From positions 1-19,810 of the forward strand of contig JAEOTC010000220.1 in assembly GCA_016840035.1 (NCBI GenBank): DNA of 19,810 bases. Direction: 5' to 3'. The notes beneath the pieces are model-generated. The model saw only the letters and a list, made by a program, of their open reading frames with translations, did not search any database and was not told the DNA's origin. The translations under genes were made by a program, and so were the position numbers. This document shows, piece after piece, positions 17,187 to 19,810 of the stretch. Position 1 is the stretch's first letter. Every line of letters begins with the position of its first letter. This DNA is from Candidatus Hodarchaeota archaeon (GTDB lineage Archaea > Asgardarchaeota > Heimdallarchaeia > Hodarchaeales > Hodarchaeaceae).

Positions 17187-17911
17187 TCCTTTTTATTTGC
17201 GTTTAATATTTGCCGAAAATTTTTCATTACTTTATTGAATCTCGACGAAATCGGCTTATTGATCTCTTTTGTAGTTCCAGAGTATTCGGAACTAAGATAA
17301 GTGGAATCGGACTCCTCCATTGAGTCCAAACTTCTTTCAAGTTCTTGATCACCAATATAAGTTGTCGTAGTTTCCATCACAATATTATCAACTATACTGC
17401 CCAGTTGTGGAAATATTGAGGATTTTTTTTCCTCAAGGGCTTGATCTGTAAAATCGAAGCTTATCTCTACTACTAATCCAGATTCATAGGAGTGAAGGCT
17501 TACTAACATGAAGATTGTCTCAAATATTCTAGAAGCAAGATCATCAATCGATTCGATGAAGACTCGATTTGTTAAATAAGAGATTGGAAAATTTGTGACC
17601 GTGAGAAGGCAGACTAGATCACTTTGAGTGCGAACAAATATCCGTGATCCTTCCTGAACACCGATATCGTTTAATTCCATATTATTTCCGATCATCTCCC
17701 CAAATTGTACGATAGCAGCCATTAATCCAGCGATTAGTGCCGGATCCTCTCCTGGAGAGTTAGAGGTGCGTTTATAAACTCTAGAAAAAACAGGAAGTCC
17801 ACTTCGTTTATTTAATAACAAAATTTCGCGGACATTGAGGTTTATTTCCGCAAATTCGTTTTGTTTTTTGTCTCCATTGTTTAATTCTGGTTGAATAAAG
17901 ATTGGCAACAC
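17183..17911 (-). CDS. Longin-like domain protein with an acidic linker and a C-terminal basic amphipathic helix
   Basis: VREILLLNKRSGLPVFSRVY...EDPALIAGLMAAIVQFGEMI...LNDIGV...IFV....LVCLL matches the beta-beta-alpha-beta-beta-beta-alpha longin pattern (xxIxxxxSGxPxF / DxxLxxGLxxAIxxF). GTG/TTG start; exact start uncertain. Confidence 0.72.
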   Translation of the reverse strand: MLPIFIQPELNNGDKKQNEFAEINLNVREILLLNKRSGLPVFSRVYKRTSNSPGEDPALIAGLMAAIVQFGEMIGNNMELNDIGVQEGSRIFVRTQSDLVCLLTVTNFPISYLTNRVFIESIDDLASRIFETIFMLVSLHSYESGLVVEISFDFTDQALEEKKSSIFPQLGSIVDNIVMETTTTYIGDQELERSLDSMEESDSTYLSSEYSGTTKEINKPISSRFNKVMKNFRQILNANKKD

Positions 17912-18269
17912 CTAAATCTCACAATAATGTCAATGAATACCTTTAAATTCACTTGGGGGCTTTTTCGTACTATCTCGAAATATAGAAATAGAATAGTCAA
18001 ACGTACGTTCTTTTTGATCAAAATTCTTAGTTTGCATTTTGTTAGTAATTCTCCTCAAATTATAACCTATCGAAATAGAATGAGCTTTCCTAATAAATAG
18101 AAATTCGGTAATGAATATGGAAAAATTCGTAAAAACAGAGCTCTCATTTTATAGATGAAATAATTTTATCCGAAAAATCCTGAAATAATGTCAGAGGAAG
18201 CATTATCTGAAAATACCTGAAAAGTAATCCTAATACAAATGATAATTGGTTTATATTCAATTTTCTCTC

Positions 18270-19379
18270 TCAATTTTCGTATGTATAATCAATTAGGAGC
18301 TGAGGAATTTTGTGTAAAGGTGCCACATGATCAACAAGTTGCCCCTCAATAACTGCTTTTGGCATTCCATATATGACACAAGTCGATTCATGTTCTGCAA
18401 TTATCTTTCCATTGACTGCTTTTAACTTCTTGGCTCCATTATACCCATCTCTCCCCATTCCTGTAAGAATTATCCCAATGGTGTTATCTCCATATACATT
18501 AGCGGCAGATTTAAAAGTAACATCTGCTGATGGCATAAGAAAATTAACTTTCTGACCCTTGTAGATGTTAAATCTTTTTCCTCCTTCAATTGCACAGTGT
18601 AATCCACCAGGAGCGATATACACTTTATTAGGTCGAATAAGTTCGTTGTTTTCAGGAATTTTGATTGATAAGTATGAATATAACTTTTTTAGACGTTCTA
18701 CCCATTGTCCCACCATCTCTTCAGGCATATGTTGAATAATCACGATAGGTGGAAACTTGTACTTTGTTTTAGATAAAATCTCATTAATTTTGGTTAAAAT
18801 TAAAGAAATTGCTCTAGGTCCTCCTGTTGATGAAGCTATAATATAGATCCGATCTTGAAAGGTTTTTAGTCCTTTTTTCGGTTTTTTAACGACTTTAGGT
18901 TCCTCTTCCATAAAGGAATCGAAATCAAAGCTTTTTATTGCTCGCGTGAGATTTATCTGAGAGAGACTCTGAATTTTGGTGACTAATTCTCGTTGAAACC
19001 TCTTATCATCAATAGAATCATCGTGAGAAGGTTTTTTTACAAATTCTACTACACCTGATTCGAAAGCTGCCATTCCCAAGTTCTCAAGTGATTTATCAAC
19101 GTCTTTTTGACTTAAAGAAGAAACAATCACAACAGGTAATGGGAATCTATCCATAATATGTCCAATAGTCTCGTATCCATCCATTTCTGGCATCATAATA
19201 TCCATGGTAACAATATCTGATTTATATTTTTGAAGACTCATCTTCTGTAATGCGATATTTCCATTAGGAGCGGTACCAATGACTTTAATACGTTTTCCGC
19301 CTTTAGTTAGAATTTCTTTAATTTTGTGGCGATATACGGCTGAATCATCCACAATAAACACTCTAACTTCATCAGACAT
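18270..19379 (-). CDS. cheB: Chemotaxis response-regulator methylesterase CheB
   Basis: Receiver (VFIVDDS, DIVTMDIMMPEMDG, VSS, KKP) plus esterase triad motifs ASSTGGP, IQHMP, ILTGMGRDG and VIYGMP. Confidence 0.97.
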   Translation of the reverse strand: MSDEVRVFIVDDSAVYRHKIKEILTKGGKRIKVIGTAPNGNIALQKMSLQKYKSDIVTMDIMMPEMDGYETIGHIMDRFPLPVVIVSSLSQKDVDKSLENLGMAAFESGVVEFVKKPSHDDSIDDKRFQRELVTKIQSLSQINLTRAIKSFDFDSFMEEEPKVVKKPKKGLKTFQDRIYIIASSTGGPRAISLILTKINEILSKTKYKFPPIVIIQHMPEEMVGQWVERLKKLYSYLSIKIPENNELIRPNKVYIAPGGLHCAIEGGKRFNIYKGQKVNFLMPSADVTFKSAANVYGDNTIGIILTGMGRDGYNGAKKLKAVNGKIIAEHESTCVIYGMPKAVIEGQLVDHVAPLHKIPQLLIDYTYEN

Positions 19380-19427
19380 GGCTTGAGATCCCTTTTAATT
19401 CAAAATATAACCGATATATGACTATCA

Positions 19428-19435
19428 TGTATAAA
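19428..19435 (-). promoter_or_regulatory. Candidate TATA box for cheB
   Basis: Minus strand TTTATACA 49-56 bp upstream of the cheB ATG; AAGGGA RBS-like sequence in the leader. Confidence 0.4.
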
Positions 19436-19500
19436 TCTGAGAGCTTAACACTGTTTCTTGACCATTCACTAAATTCTCTAAGATAGATTATACTTGAATG

Positions 19501-19508
19501 TTTAAATA
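19501..19508 (+). promoter_or_regulatory. Candidate TATA box for the divergent plus-strand gene
   Basis: TTTAAATA 49-56 bp upstream of TTG 19557; AAAGGGG RBS-like sequence before the start. Confidence 0.4.
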
Positions 19509-19556
19509 TGTGGGTTTATTGAGAATTCAATAGATTACCAGAAAGGGGCTATTTCA

Positions 19557-19810
19557 TTGGATTTTTATCGCTCAGAGAAGTCGAATCAGGAAAAAGAAAA
19601 TTTAAGAACAGAAATTCAAGAGTTAAAAGAACTTGTTCAAAAGAATACTCTTTTAATAAAGGAACTTTCAACTCAACAGGAACGATCCTCACTTTTCCAA
19701 CAGGAGAAGAATTCCGATCTATTTAATGAGTCTTCTGAAAATGTGTCCATATTTGAGGAACTTACGACTAAAGTAAATAGCCTCGAGGAAAGGATTGCTC
19801 AAGATAAGCA
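19557..19810 (+). CDS. Coiled-coil protein, partial (runs off the window); not in the ORF track
   Basis: Manual translation from TTG 19557, open to the window end: MDFYRSEKSNQEKENLRTEIQELKELVQKNTLLIKELSTQQERSSLFQQEKNSDLFNESSENVSIFEELTTKVNSLEERIAQDK. Heptad L/I periodicity; RBS and TATA candidates upstream. Confidence 0.7.
   Translation, partial: MDFYRSEKSNQEKENLRTEIQELKELVQKNTLLIKELSTQQERSSLFQQEKNSDLFNESSENVSIFEELTTKVNSLEERIAQDK

Noticed and set aside
1297-18555. Short antisense or alternate-frame ORFs in the track (e.g. 4168-4503, 7016-7354, 8856-9278, 13924-14391, 5002-5301, 17891-18100)
   Set aside because: Nearly all lie within or overlap well-supported genes and translate to typical shadow-frame sequence with no motifs; 17891-18100 is mostly intergenic but equally featureless.
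4023-19458. 10-bp matches shared between intergenic regions (CACTGTTTCT at ~4023 and ~19449; AGATGTTCAA at ~5378 and ~8259)
   Set aside because: About one such match is expected by chance among this much AT-rich intergenic DNA, and spacing to start codons is inconsistent.
1-19810. rRNA, tRNA, CRISPR arrays, transposases or integrases; cheF and archaellum genes
   Set aside because: None recognised by eye in this window. Absence here says nothing about the rest of the genome.

Overview
AT-rich archaeal window, most likely Asgard (inferred from two longin-like proteins, DUF835 regulators, archaeal TATA boxes, GAGGT/GGTGA ribosome-binding sites and U-rich terminators). Nearly all genes lie on the minus strand. 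In transcription order (right to left): cheB, a 358-bp gap, then a tightly packed block of longin-like protein, cheW, a four-CheW-domain protein, cheY, cheA, cheC, cheD, cheR (with a duplicated N-terminal domain) and a longin + pseudo-receiver fusion. These are followed by a stand-alone DUF835 protein, a PAS-PAS-PAS-DUF835-wHTH regulator, two short (~28-heptad) 4-TM chemoreceptors, a two-subunit homoaconitase/isopropylmalate-isomerase-family enzyme resembling fungal Lys4, and a partial acidic secreted protein. A partial coiled-coil gene starts divergently at the right edge. The main observation is an F1-like (CheC/CheD) chemosensory operon bracketed by two longin-fold proteins, one fused to a CheY-like domain, with no cheF in the window. 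This suggests a possible chemosensory output to small-GTPase or membrane machinery. All domain calls come from motif recognition by eye; no searches were run.
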